64,000 bases of DNA from Bacteroidetes bacterium HGW-Bacteroidetes-6 (GTDB lineage: Bacteria > Bacteroidota > Bacteroidia > Bacteroidales > DTU049), in assembly GCA_002842495.1 (NCBI GenBank), contig PHDB01000011.1, forward strand, positions 4,210 to 68,209, read 5' to 3'. The position numbers and the translations under genes were made by a program. Of the stretch, positions 23,817-33,182 are shown in pieces (positions within the stretch are counted from its first letter, which is position 1; each line of letters begins with the position of its first letter). The notes under the pieces were generated by a model. That model saw only the letters and a program-made list of their open reading frames with translations, had not been told where the DNA came from and searched no databases.

Positions 23817-24557
23817 TTACTTCTTAGGCAAAAAGGTTTTGGTTGAAGTTTCAACCAGCCTGTTTAGCTCTTTGAGCTCATCATCGGTTAAATAGCGCCA
23901 CTTGCCAATAGGAACATCAAGGTTTATGTTCATGATTCGGATACGTTTCAACGTCACTACTTTATAATTGAGATATTCACACATACGCCTGATTTGACGA
24001 TTCAATCCCTGTGTGAGAATAATTCTGAATTCAGTTTTTCCCGTTTGCTCTACATAGCATTTCTTGGTAATTCTATCCAATATAGGTATGCCGTTACTCA
24101 TTCGCTGAACAAATTCGGAGCCAATGGGTTTGTTTACTTTCACCACATATTCCTTTTCGTGGTTATTCGACGCTCTCAAAATTTTATTGACAATGTCTCC
24201 GTCGTTGGTCAGGAATATAAGTCCCTGACTGGCTTTGTCGAGACGACCAATAGGAAAAATGCGTTTAGGGTGGTTGATATAATCGACAATGTTATCTTTC
24301 TCTACACGGGTATCGGTAGTGCAAACAATGCCAACGGGTTTGTTGAATGCAATATAAAGCGACTTTTCTCTGGGCTCCGAAATTAATTTTCCATCAACAC
24401 GTATTTCATCTTTCGATGTGATTTTTGTTCCCATTTCGGGAACTACTCCATTGATAGTTACTCTGTTTTCGAGAATGAGCTTGTCGGCAGCCCGGCGCGA
24501 GCAATAACCGGCTTCGCTTAAAAATTTATTGATGCGTGTAAGCTTTTCCTCTTCCAT
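23817..24557 (-). CDS. rluF: rRNA pseudouridine synthase, RluF/RsuA family
   Basis: It has an S4 domain (RINKFLSEAGYCSRRAADKLI), the catalytic motif GRLDKASQGL and the HEKEYVVKV block. I placed the start at the internal ATG (MEEEKLTRINKF) rather than at the track start 24623. Confidence 0.8.
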   Translation of the reverse strand: MEEEKLTRINKFLSEAGYCSRRAADKLILENRVTINGVVPEMGTKITSKDEIRVDGKLISEPREKSLYIAFNKPVGIVCTTDTRVEKDNIVDYINHPKRIFPIGRLDKASQGLIFLTNDGDIVNKILRASNNHEKEYVVKVNKPIGSEFVQRMSNGIPILDRITKKCYVEQTGKTEFRIILTQGLNRQIRRMCEYLNYKVVTLKRIRIMNINLDVPIGKWRYLTDDELKELNRLVETSTKTFLPKK

Positions 24558-24959
24558 ATTTATAACAGCACATTTATGCTGCAGGCAAAAATACAAAATA
24601 TTGAGTGTCTGTCTAAAATTCATTTTGTGAAAAATATTTCTTAGATGCTTGCGTTTTAGATAAAATACGTCCTTCTATCGTTCGGTTTTGATGGACTAAA
24701 ATTCTTAAAACCTGCAATATTTTTGTAGAAGTGTTTGTTTTTTGCCTGTTGTGATATAATGAATATGTGGTTAAACTTTATTTGATCCGGGTGCTGAAAA
24801 ACAAATTGTAACAGGCAAGGCTTTAGTAATGTTATTAAATAGTTATTGCTCTTTGTGAAATTCATAATCATTAAAAAACTATTGTTGATAAATAAATTCC
24901 ACATCAAATCCTACCCGATGAATTGAATGTAATTTTATCACTTAAAATTGCGGAATAGT

Positions 24960-27900
24960 ATGAAAAACAAAAGAATTCTGTTCACGACTATCGTGTTGTT
25001 GTGGCAGATTGCGGCATTTGCGCAGCTAACCCGGGTCTACCAAAATCCGATGGCCCTTTACGAAACGGGTTCAGACCTGATGGCCAAAGAAAAATATGGT
25101 GCAGCCAAAGAGGTTTTTCAGGAAGTGATTGTTATGATTGGTGATGAAGAAAATCCTCTCAGAATTCAAGCCGAATTCAGTGTGGCCCGATGCTCGTATG
25201 AGTTACTTAATAATGACTCCCGGGGCCTTCTGTCGCAGTTTATTTCGCGGCATCCCGAAAGTAGCTATGTTCCTGTTTCGTGGTTCTATCTTGGCAACTC
25301 ATGGTATCGCGATAAAAATTATAAGAAAGCTGTAGATGCTTATGCTTCAACAACTCCACAGGCGTTAACCGACGATCAGGCATCCGAGTACTATTTTAAA
25401 AAAGGTTACTCGCATTTTATGATTGAAGAAATGATCGAGGCTCGCTCGTGTTTTATGCAGGTGAAGGATGGAGACAATATGTACAAGCGCCCGGCAACAT
25501 ACTATTACAGTCATATCAGCTACACCGAAGGACAATACGAAGTTGCACTTGCTGGTTTTAAAACACTTATCGACGACGAATCGTTTGGCCCTATTGTTCC
25601 TTACTATATTGCACAAATTTATTATCTACAGAAAAAATACGACGAGCTTATATCTTTTGCTCCGCCCATGCTCGAAAATCCGAATGTGAAACGTCAGGCC
25701 GAAATGGCTCGCATGGTTGGCGACGCTTTTTACGCTAAAAAAGATTATCGTTCGGCACTGCCATATCTTGAAATGTATGTAGTAAAAACAAGTACTCCGC
25801 TAACCCGCGAAGATTATTATTTGTTGGGCTACACTTACTATAATGTTACCAACTATCAGAAAGCATCCGAATTTTTCTCGAAAGTAACTTCTCAGGACGA
25901 TTCGCTCAATCAGAATGCAAGCTATCATTTGGCTGATTGTTATCTGAAAATGGGGAATAAAAAGTATGCACTCAACTGCTTTTACGATGCATATCGTCTT
26001 AAATTCAACCCAACAATAACCGAAGATGCGCTTTTCAATTATGCGCGTTTGTCGTACGAGCTCGATTTTCATCCCTACAATAGTGCTGTAAAAGCTTTGC
26101 AACAATATCTCAACGATTTTTCGGGTTCCATGCGTGCCGAAGAAGCGCGCGAATTGTTGGTCGATTTGCTGATGTCGACCGGGAACTACAAAGATGCTAT
26201 TGCTGTGATTGAAAGCATGAAAGTGAAAACCGAACGCATCTGGACCGCTTATCAGAAAGTGAATTACTTTCACGGAGTTGAACAGTTTAACAGTTCGGCC
26301 TATAACGACGCTATAAAGCTTTTCAACAAAGCCATAACATATTCCTACGACCGGACAATAAGATCTGAAGCTCTTTTCTGGAAAGGAGAATCGTACTATC
26401 ACCTCACCAATTACGATTCAGCTGCAGCTTGCTACGATATGTTTGTGAAATATCCACCAGCTGCAGATGTAAGCTATTTTGCACGTGGCTATTATGGACT
26501 GGGTTACGCTCAGATGCAGCGTAAAAATTATCAGGGAGCAACTCAAAGTTTTCTATCGTATTTCAAAAAAGGCGATACCGACGACAAATATTTCCGCAAC
26601 GATGCCTGTCAGCGTTTGGCCGATTGTTACTACATCATGCGAAAGTACGACGATGCCATTGTGTGGTATGATAAATCTTTGGCACTTAATGCCGAAAATA
26701 CGGATTATGCATTGCTTCAGAAATCGAAATGCGAAGGAATTAAAGGAAATTATAGCGGTAAGCAGAATACGCTTTCTATTTTGTTTAGTAAGTATCCCAA
26801 ATCGCGTTTTGCCGACGATGCCTACTACGAATCGGGTATTACATACGAAATCCTCGATCAGAATTCGAAAGCACTTACTTCGTATGATGCTTTGATTGTG
26901 AATTTTCCTGAAAGTTCGCTGCGCGCACGGGCCATGCTGAAAAAAGGCAGCATTTACCGCATTTTGGGCGAAAATGATAAGGCAATCAATGTGTTTAAAC
27001 AGCTTGTAGCTGAATATAAAGGATCAGATGAGTCGAAGCAGGCCTGGATGAATCTGAAAACCATTTATACCGACATGGACCGGATTGAAGATTTTATGGC
27101 TTTGGTTAATGAAAACGGAAGTACTTTGTCGGAAATGGATAAAGACAGTATGGTTTATCAAGCCGCTGAAAACAAATATATGGATGGAGATTGCGAGTCG
27201 TCGATGACTGCTTTTGGAAAATACATTACAGAATTTCCTAACGGATCGTTTTTGCTGAATGCTCATTTCTACCGCAGCGAATGCTTGTATGGCCAAAAAT
27301 CGTTCGATGAAGCATTGAAAGGATACGAATATGTAGTTTCTCAGGCATTCTCTGCATTTACAGAAACATCATTATTGAAATCGGCGCGAATTTATTTTAA
27401 TTCGAGAAATTATGCTAAAGCCATTGATCGTTATTCAGCACTGGATCAAATGACCCAGTCGGTTTCAAATAAGCAGGAAGCTCAGCGCAACATCATGAAC
27501 GCTTACTACTTAAATGCTCAATATCAAGAAGCCATTGTAGCAGCGCAAAAGCTGAATGAAAATCCAACCATACAGCAGCAAGATAGAGACGAAGCATCGG
27601 CAGTAATTGCTCGTTCGGCATATCAGCTCAACGATCTGCCACGCGCTCAAACCGAATTCAGTAAGTTGGTGAAGCTGAAATCGTCGGAGCTTGGTGCCGA
27701 AGCTAATTATTATTTGGCTTTAATCGAATATCAGAACAACCGCTACACTGAATCGGAAAAAGTGGTTTTCGACCTCATCAATAATTTTGCTTCGTTCGAA
27801 TATTGGGTTGCCAAATCGTTCATTCTCCTCAGCGATGTATATGTGGCTACCAATAATCTCTATCAAGCTAAATACACATTGCAGAGTGTAATTGACAATT

Positions 27901-28025
27901 ACAAAGGGCCTGACTTGGTGGAAGAAGCTCAAACAAAACTCAACAACATCATCGAACTAGAAAAGCTCAACGAAAGCAACAGCGGTGGTGAAGGCGAAAT
28001 TATTATTAACGGAAATAACGAATAA
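24960..28025 (+). CDS. Large secreted tetratricopeptide-repeat protein (about 1020 aa)
   Basis: The ATG at 24960 gives the signal peptide MKNKRILFTTIVLLWQIAAFAQ. TPR-type W/Y..G..Y....Y..A...F repeats run through the whole protein. Confidence 0.8.
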   Translation: MKNKRILFTTIVLLWQIAAFAQLTRVYQNPMALYETGSDLMAKEKYGAAKEVFQEVIVMIGDEENPLRIQAEFSVARCSYELLNNDSRGLLSQFISRHPESSYVPVSWFYLGNSWYRDKNYKKAVDAYASTTPQALTDDQASEYYFKKGYSHFMIEEMIEARSCFMQVKDGDNMYKRPATYYYSHISYTEGQYEVALAGFKTLIDDESFGPIVPYYIAQIYYLQKKYDELISFAPPMLENPNVKRQAEMARMVGDAFYAKKDYRSALPYLEMYVVKTSTPLTREDYYLLGYTYYNVTNYQKASEFFSKVTSQDDSLNQNASYHLADCYLKMGNKKYALNCFYDAYRLKFNPTITEDALFNYARLSYELDFHPYNSAVKALQQYLNDFSGSMRAEEARELLVDLLMSTGNYKDAIAVIESMKVKTERIWTAYQKVNYFHGVEQFNSSAYNDAIKLFNKAITYSYDRTIRSEALFWKGESYYHLTNYDSAAACYDMFVKYPPAADVSYFARGYYGLGYAQMQRKNYQGATQSFLSYFKKGDTDDKYFRNDACQRLADCYYIMRKYDDAIVWYDKSLALNAENTDYALLQKSKCEGIKGNYSGKQNTLSILFSKYPKSRFADDAYYESGITYEILDQNSKALTSYDALIVNFPESSLRARAMLKKGSIYRILGENDKAINVFKQLVAEYKGSDESKQAWMNLKTIYTDMDRIEDFMALVNENGSTLSEMDKDSMVYQAAENKYMDGDCESSMTAFGKYITEFPNGSFLLNAHFYRSECLYGQKSFDEALKGYEYVVSQAFSAFTETSLLKSARIYFNSRNYAKAIDRYSALDQMTQSVSNKQEAQRNIMNAYYLNAQYQEAIVAAQKLNENPTIQQQDRDEASAVIARSAYQLNDLPRAQTEFSKLVKLKSSELGAEANYYLALIEYQNNRYTESEKVVFDLINNFASFEYWVAKSFILLSDVYVATNNLYQAKYTLQSVIDNYKGPDLVEEAQTKLNNIIELEKLNESNSGGEGEIIINGNNE

Positions 28026-28029
28026 GGCC

Positions 28030-29721
28030 ATGAAAACACAAAAAATAGTATTAGCAGCCTTGTTTTTGGGTGGTTTGGTGCTGAATGTTTCGGCTCAGGA
28101 TAAACCATTGCCAAAAGATACCGGTGTTATTAGTAACGAGAATGTGATTGTTGTTGCCGAATACGACCCAACCTTGATGGATTTTCCGAAGAAAAATTCG
28201 GTACCGCAGATCGAGAACAATGTTGTTCCACGTACCGACATCAAATACACTGTGTTTCCACAACCCATGAAAATTGCCTACCAAACCATGCCCATCAAAG
28301 CGGCAAAAATGAGTGGCGAACCTTTCACCGAGTTATACGGAAATTATATCAAAGCTGGTTTTGGAACAGGACGTACTCCATACGGCGAGCTTTTCTTGAG
28401 TACCAAACGCGACAAATCGAAAAGTGTTGGTCTGCATATGAAGCATTTTTCGACCAATGGGAAAGTGCCCGATTACGCTTTTGCCGGAAACAGCGAAAAT
28501 GCAGTCGATTTGTATGGCTCTAAAATAAGAACCCGCAGCACCTTGTATGGTAAGTTGTTTTTTCATCGCGACGTTGTTCATTACTACGGATTCAAACCTG
28601 CCGAAATTCTTGATACCCTCGAAAACGACGATTATAAGCAACGCTACAACGATGCAGGTGGGAAGTTTGCATGGTACAGTACCCATTCCGACTCTACCCA
28701 TTTGAATTACAGACTCAATTTCGACTATCATGGATTTTGGGATATCAACAATGCATCCGAAAACAGTGGCGAATTGAGTGGTTTCTTGAACAAACGCGTT
28801 CAGATGCTTGGAATAACCAAATATCAGGTGATTGGTGTACGCGTTGACGCTCAACATTATTTCAACAACCGCAACTATACTTCGTTCAATGCTGGTTTAG
28901 TTGAAATTACACCATTTATCAACGCTAATTTTGGAAAAATATTCCTCGAGGTGGCACCCAAATTAGCCATGGAAACCGACAGTACATCCGAGGCTTATTT
29001 TTATCCTTACATTCGCATGGAACTCAATTTGCTGCCTGGAACAATCAGCGCATTTGGAGGGTGGGATGGTGGAATTACCTACAACTCGTATCGTCTGCTG
29101 GCAAACGAAAATCCGTATATTCATCGTTTTGTAAATACTGAGTATTCAAACACCAGGCGCAAAATTTATGGCGGTGTTCGCGGAAATATTGCTCGTTCGT
29201 TTAGTTATACCATTCAGGCCATTCAGCGCGATATCAATCATGCTCCTATGTTTGTAAACGACACGCTCACCTACATGAACAATTGGATGGGAGTTGTTTA
29301 CGACAGTATTCGCTGGTTCCGTGGCGAATTCAACAGCGAACTGAAAATCAAAGAAAAATGGAAAGCATATCTCACTGTAGCTTACAATCAGGCCGAGGCT
29401 GTAAACGAAGCAGAAGTGTGGAATATGCCTTCGTTCGAAGGAATGATTGGAATTGGCTACAATCTGGCCGATAAATTTCTCATCAGCACTAGGGTTTATT
29501 ACACCGGAAAACGTTTTGCACGTCAGAAAACCGACGCAGGTTTTGTTGTGAATTCGCTCGATCCGTTTATCGATGCCAATCTGAGCTTCGAATATCGCTA
29601 CTCGAAAGTGCTATCTGCATTTCTTCAGTTTAACAACATTGCGGCACAGCGCTATATGATTTGGAATCAATATCCATCGTACCGCTTCCGCTTTTGGGGA
29701 GGTGTAACTTACTCATTCTGA
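28030..29721 (+). CDS. Outer-membrane beta-barrel protein (putative porin-like), co-transcribed with the TPR protein
   Basis: The ATG at 28030, 5 bp after the TPR stop, gives the signal peptide MKTQKIVLAALFLGGLVLNVSAQ. The sequence has an amphipathic strand pattern, and the C-terminus ends in an aromatic residue (GGVTYSF). Confidence 0.6.
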   Translation: MKTQKIVLAALFLGGLVLNVSAQDKPLPKDTGVISNENVIVVAEYDPTLMDFPKKNSVPQIENNVVPRTDIKYTVFPQPMKIAYQTMPIKAAKMSGEPFTELYGNYIKAGFGTGRTPYGELFLSTKRDKSKSVGLHMKHFSTNGKVPDYAFAGNSENAVDLYGSKIRTRSTLYGKLFFHRDVVHYYGFKPAEILDTLENDDYKQRYNDAGGKFAWYSTHSDSTHLNYRLNFDYHGFWDINNASENSGELSGFLNKRVQMLGITKYQVIGVRVDAQHYFNNRNYTSFNAGLVEITPFINANFGKIFLEVAPKLAMETDSTSEAYFYPYIRMELNLLPGTISAFGGWDGGITYNSYRLLANENPYIHRFVNTEYSNTRRKIYGGVRGNIARSFSYTIQAIQRDINHAPMFVNDTLTYMNNWMGVVYDSIRWFRGEFNSELKIKEKWKAYLTVAYNQAEAVNEAEVWNMPSFEGMIGIGYNLADKFLISTRVYYTGKRFARQKTDAGFVVNSLDPFIDANLSFEYRYSKVLSAFLQFNNIAAQRYMIWNQYPSYRFRFWGGVTYSF

Positions 29722-29846
29722 TATTAAAGCTCCGGAGGTATTTGTTTTTTGCTCAACAAATGGTAATCCCGCTTTGCAATAGGCCGAAAGGGAATAGCGG
29801 TTGATAGTCCCTAATTTGAGAAAAAAAGCTTTGCTAAAAAAGCGCG

Positions 29847-32342
29847 CTATAATTTTACGATTTTTTTTACTGCTTGTGTTTTATTTTCAAGCGTTATTCT
29901 CACTGAGTATGCACCCGGTGGGAGATGTTCTATGTTTATAGAAATGTATTCAGTTGGTATCCCAATATTTGATTGAAATACAGTTTGACCAATCAGATCG
30001 AGAATTTCAAAAAAGATTATTTCACCTGAATGACTTTCTGTATTAACAATATTATTTACAGGATTTGGGAAAACACGAATGTCATTAGGGCTAAAAAACA
30101 CGGAAGTTGAACTAGATTGTCCATTATCTGCAATCCAGCTACTAGCCAGACTGTTATCCAGATTGGGGTTGATTAGCTGGAGGTAGTAACCACCTCCATC
30201 AGGACTTGTTGGCCATGGAATGCTATCCCGGTATTCAACAGAATCAATAGTATTCCCAAAAGCGTCTGCAAGAATAAGTCGTTCGGATTTGTTTGATAAG
30301 TTTCTTGAGAATTCACCAAATGGAGCAAAGCCATAGAAAGTGTTAAACGAAGAGCTCCTGCCAGCCAGATACAAAGTGCTTCCGGCTCCAATCGTGGAAT
30401 TAGCAGGGAACTGATACGAAATGCCGAGTTCCTTGAAATATATTCCTGTTAAGTCAACAACAGAAGTGCTATTGTTGGTGATTTCTATGTACTCAAGATC
30501 ATCGCTTGTGTACCCCGATTCAGGCAATGGGTTGTAATGGATTTTTGAAATGACCAGAGGAGGAAGAACTGATGGGAAATTACATCCCCAGGAAGGCTGA
30601 ATATTGGCGTTAATCCATGTAATTCTGGTTAATATCCATGACTTTAACGTGCTGATATTCATGTTGTACTGAGAATTGTTGCCCGTTGAATTCCATGTAC
30701 TGTTGTCGCGTACTCTTGCTTCAGATAGAAGGGTGACCAATGCATCTATTTTATTCGAAAGAACAGTATAATTTAAAGTTTGACCAGTTTCTGAAAGTTC
30801 ATCCCAACGTTGGGCCAGATAACATTTAAACTCGGTTTCGTTAAATAAATCTTTCCAGAAGCGCGAACCCACATTATCTGAATTGTCAAACTGCCAGATG
30901 TTTGTTTTACTTCTGTCGAAGCCGAGAAAGAACAAATCGTTGCCGAAAGAGAGATTGAAGTCCCAAATGGGACCAGCACGCAGTTTTCCACATTTATCTT
31001 TATGAAAGTAAGTGCTTAACTGATATTCGTCAACATTGGATGATATTTCGGTAAGCAACATAAAATCAACAAAAGAGGGGATGTCAATATACGAGGGATA
31101 ACCGTCAATTATAGAGGAGTTATTGCTATTCAAGCAGCTTTGGAATGAAGTGAAGTAATTGCGTATATAATTACTTTGGACTGATATGATGTTTTCTTCC
31201 TTCGGATAAGTAATAAAGTAATTTACAGTACTGCCGTTGTAGGCAGTTTCGGTCCATGCCAGGGTTTCTCCCATGTTTATTTTATCTGCTTTTGTTATGT
31301 ATCCACCTGTAATATCTGGAGGAATAGTGTCGTTTGTTGTCATTTTTACAATGTTAACCCGACTGTTATCAACTTTTATTTTTTCCATTAGAATATATAA
31401 ACCTCTATAACTGCCATTTACAATCAGTTCGCAGTAATGGCATCCGGAAGCATAATTACCCATACTTCTGGCAATGTCAAAAGAAAGATAATCACGGATT
31501 AAAGTGTTATCAAAAGCAAGGGCATTTAGTATCCAATCATTTTCTACCGGCATCCCCAGTAAACTAACATTATTGTTGTTGGTGTCTCCTGATAAATATG
31601 TTGTAAAGCCGTATGGCTTTTTCTCCGAAAAATCTTGAGAAGTAGAACCTCTGGTTTCAATCCCAATTCTTCCATTGTAATTGAGAAATGCTAAATTGTT
31701 CTGATCTGCCATATAATTTCTTGATCCGTCTGTATGGTAGATGATTTTCATATTTCCTAATACCTTGGGCTCGTTGGGAATGGAAACTCCTCCGTCGGTT
31801 TCAATGATGACTATTGGTAAGTTGCTGTTAAAAGATGTATAATCCGAAATGATTAAATCGCCCGACAAGATATTTGGGGGTGGGGCATTGTTGTAAAAAT
31901 CGCCCATAATAAAGTATGATATTGTTTGAATTCCATTAACTGAAGCGTCAATACTAACCGATATAGTGAAATTATAAGATCCGGGTGTTATTGACCCGTA
32001 TCCTGATGGAGGAGGAGAAACATCGCCCCATGTTGCAGTTTGACCAGAAATGATGAGACTTGTCCCGGCAATTGATGAGGTTGTCCCATTAACTTGAGGT
32101 GTTATGCCGGTAGGAAATGTAATGGAAAAGCCATCAACCCATTCGGCATCTGAGGTTGAATATTCTAAAGTGAAATTTAAGCTCTGGGTAGAGTTAGCTG
32201 AATAAAATGCATCCGAACAAGTAATAGCTCCATTTAGACTCAAGTTACCTTTGTTATTCTCAGATGTTTTTGTGATTATCTGACAAAGCGACAATGTGGC
32301 TAAAATATGCAAAATAAAAAACGTTGTGAATGTTTTTTTCAT
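29847..32342 (-). CDS. CotH-family protein with a lamin-tail domain and a T9SS type A C-terminal sorting domain
   Basis: It has a signal peptide and a CotH-like core (NLPIVIIETDGG..IPNEPKV..MKIIYH, ..YRGLYILMEKIK.., ..GPIWDFNLSFGN). The LTD-like segment is ISKIHYNP...LEYIEITNNS..VDLTGIYF. The C-terminus reads VFPNPVNNIV...GAYSVRITLENKTQAVKKIVKL. Confidence 0.8.
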   Translation of the reverse strand: MKKTFTTFFILHILATLSLCQIITKTSENNKGNLSLNGAITCSDAFYSANSTQSLNFTLEYSTSDAEWVDGFSITFPTGITPQVNGTTSSIAGTSLIISGQTATWGDVSPPPSGYGSITPGSYNFTISVSIDASVNGIQTISYFIMGDFYNNAPPPNILSGDLIISDYTSFNSNLPIVIIETDGGVSIPNEPKVLGNMKIIYHTDGSRNYMADQNNLAFLNYNGRIGIETRGSTSQDFSEKKPYGFTTYLSGDTNNNNVSLLGMPVENDWILNALAFDNTLIRDYLSFDIARSMGNYASGCHYCELIVNGSYRGLYILMEKIKVDNSRVNIVKMTTNDTIPPDITGGYITKADKINMGETLAWTETAYNGSTVNYFITYPKEENIISVQSNYIRNYFTSFQSCLNSNNSSIIDGYPSYIDIPSFVDFMLLTEISSNVDEYQLSTYFHKDKCGKLRAGPIWDFNLSFGNDLFFLGFDRSKTNIWQFDNSDNVGSRFWKDLFNETEFKCYLAQRWDELSETGQTLNYTVLSNKIDALVTLLSEARVRDNSTWNSTGNNSQYNMNISTLKSWILTRITWINANIQPSWGCNFPSVLPPLVISKIHYNPLPESGYTSDDLEYIEITNNSTSVVDLTGIYFKELGISYQFPANSTIGAGSTLYLAGRSSSFNTFYGFAPFGEFSRNLSNKSERLILADAFGNTIDSVEYRDSIPWPTSPDGGGYYLQLINPNLDNSLASSWIADNGQSSSTSVFFSPNDIRVFPNPVNNIVNTESHSGEIIFFEILDLIGQTVFQSNIGIPTEYISINIEHLPPGAYSVRITLENKTQAVKKIVKL

Positions 32343-32371
32343 ATTTTGATGCTTTTCTTGATTTTGATTAC

Positions 32372-32379
32372 CAAATATA
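32372..32379 (-). promoter_or_regulatory. -7 promoter box TATATTTG (minus strand)
   Basis: It matches TAnnTTTG and lies 30 bp upstream of the CotH start codon at 32342. Confidence 0.3.
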
Positions 32380-32690
32380 GTCGCTTAGGGTGAAAAATAC
32401 AAGTATGTGGATAAATATCGATAAAGTAGTGAATATGTATTATGTGTAAGCAATAATTGAAGCTGTGCTTTTGTTTTGGAAATTATTTACGATTGATTAA
32501 CTTCTAAGTAGCTACTTGTTTTATTTGAGAAGTGTTTATTTTATTTATAAAGCCAGAGAATTCAATGTTTTTGCAGAATATGACTTTGTTGACATCTATA
32601 ACCAAAAGAAGTTCTGCCCGGGTGCAGCGAAAACGCTCAGAGGCCTGTAGTTGTCAGATACAAGTGAGAATAGATTTTGCAAATTGTTAA

Positions 32691-32742
32691 AAATGATTAC
32701 TAAAAAACGCCGGAGAAATCCGGCGTTTTTTAGTAATCATTT
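32691..32742. terminator. Unusually long perfect palindrome, likely a terminator after the HMA-like gene
   Basis: The arms AAATGATTACTAAAAAACGCCGG and CCGGCGTTTTTTAGTAATCATTT are 23 bp each and perfectly complementary, with a 6-nt loop. The palindrome ends 17 bp downstream of the stop at 32759. Confidence 0.6.
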
Positions 32743-32758
32743 AAATCAATTCAAATGA

Positions 32759-33112
32759 CTAATGAGTTGGGTTATCGTCGTGCGAACACGCTTTTTTAGG
32801 TAAAGTTGTGCCAGCAGGATCTAATTCAGTCAGGTATCCAATCTGGTGAATGTACTCAATAATGGTTTCCGGCTTAGTGAGTGAAGTATTGTATTTCACT
32901 TCGACTATTTTTGTTTCAAGGTTTGCAACTGCAGAAACAACTCCACGTTTTTTGGGAAGTTCTTGCTCGAGAAGTGCTTTTCCGTTTGCGCAATGAAACA
33001 TTACTTTCACGCTGTAGGTTTTTACATCTTTATCCTCGGCTGTTTGAGCCTTGAGCCCAGTACTTGCAAATGCAAACAATGCAATGGTTAGAATAATTGT
33101 CAGTTTTTTCAT
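32759..33112 (-). CDS. Exported heavy-metal-associated (HMA)-like domain protein with a non-canonical metal site
   Basis: It has a signal peptide. A ferredoxin-like HMA pattern (VKVMFHCANGKALLEQ...GVVSAVANLETKIVEVKY) carries HCANG in place of the MxCxxC loop. The C-terminal tail is CSHDDNPTH. Confidence 0.5.
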   Translation of the reverse strand: MKKLTIILTIALFAFASTGLKAQTAEDKDVKTYSVKVMFHCANGKALLEQELPKKRGVVSAVANLETKIVEVKYNTSLTKPETIIEYIHQIGYLTELDPAGTTLPKKACSHDDNPTH

Positions 33113-33148
33113 TGTGATTTTTTTTGTTTTTAACCCCCTTTAGTTCTG

Positions 33149-33156
33149 CAAAAATA
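33149..33156 (-). promoter_or_regulatory. -7 promoter box TATTTTTG (minus strand)
   Basis: It matches TAnnTTTG and lies 37 bp upstream of the start codon at 33112. Confidence 0.3.
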
Positions 33157-33182
33157 CAAAATTTTCGATAGAACAATGTTTT

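Noticed and set aside
24656-24907. An 83-aa minus-strand ORF in the 400-bp gap between rluF and the TPR gene
   Set aside because: The translation is AT-driven and low-complexity (Asn/Phe/Ile/Lys-rich), with a TTG/ATG start, no promoter box and no motif. I treat the region as non-coding promoter DNA. A 9-bp inverted repeat TTGCCTGTT...AACAGGCAA about 60 nt apart is noted but is too weak to call.
25800-26402. A 200-aa antisense ORF inside the TPR gene. Similar cases are 28333-28857, 22887-23369, 20080-20520, 58808-59392 and 61939-62430.
   Set aside because: Each is fully embedded antisense in a gene with a clear family assignment. None has a recognisable domain, signal peptide or upstream -7 box.
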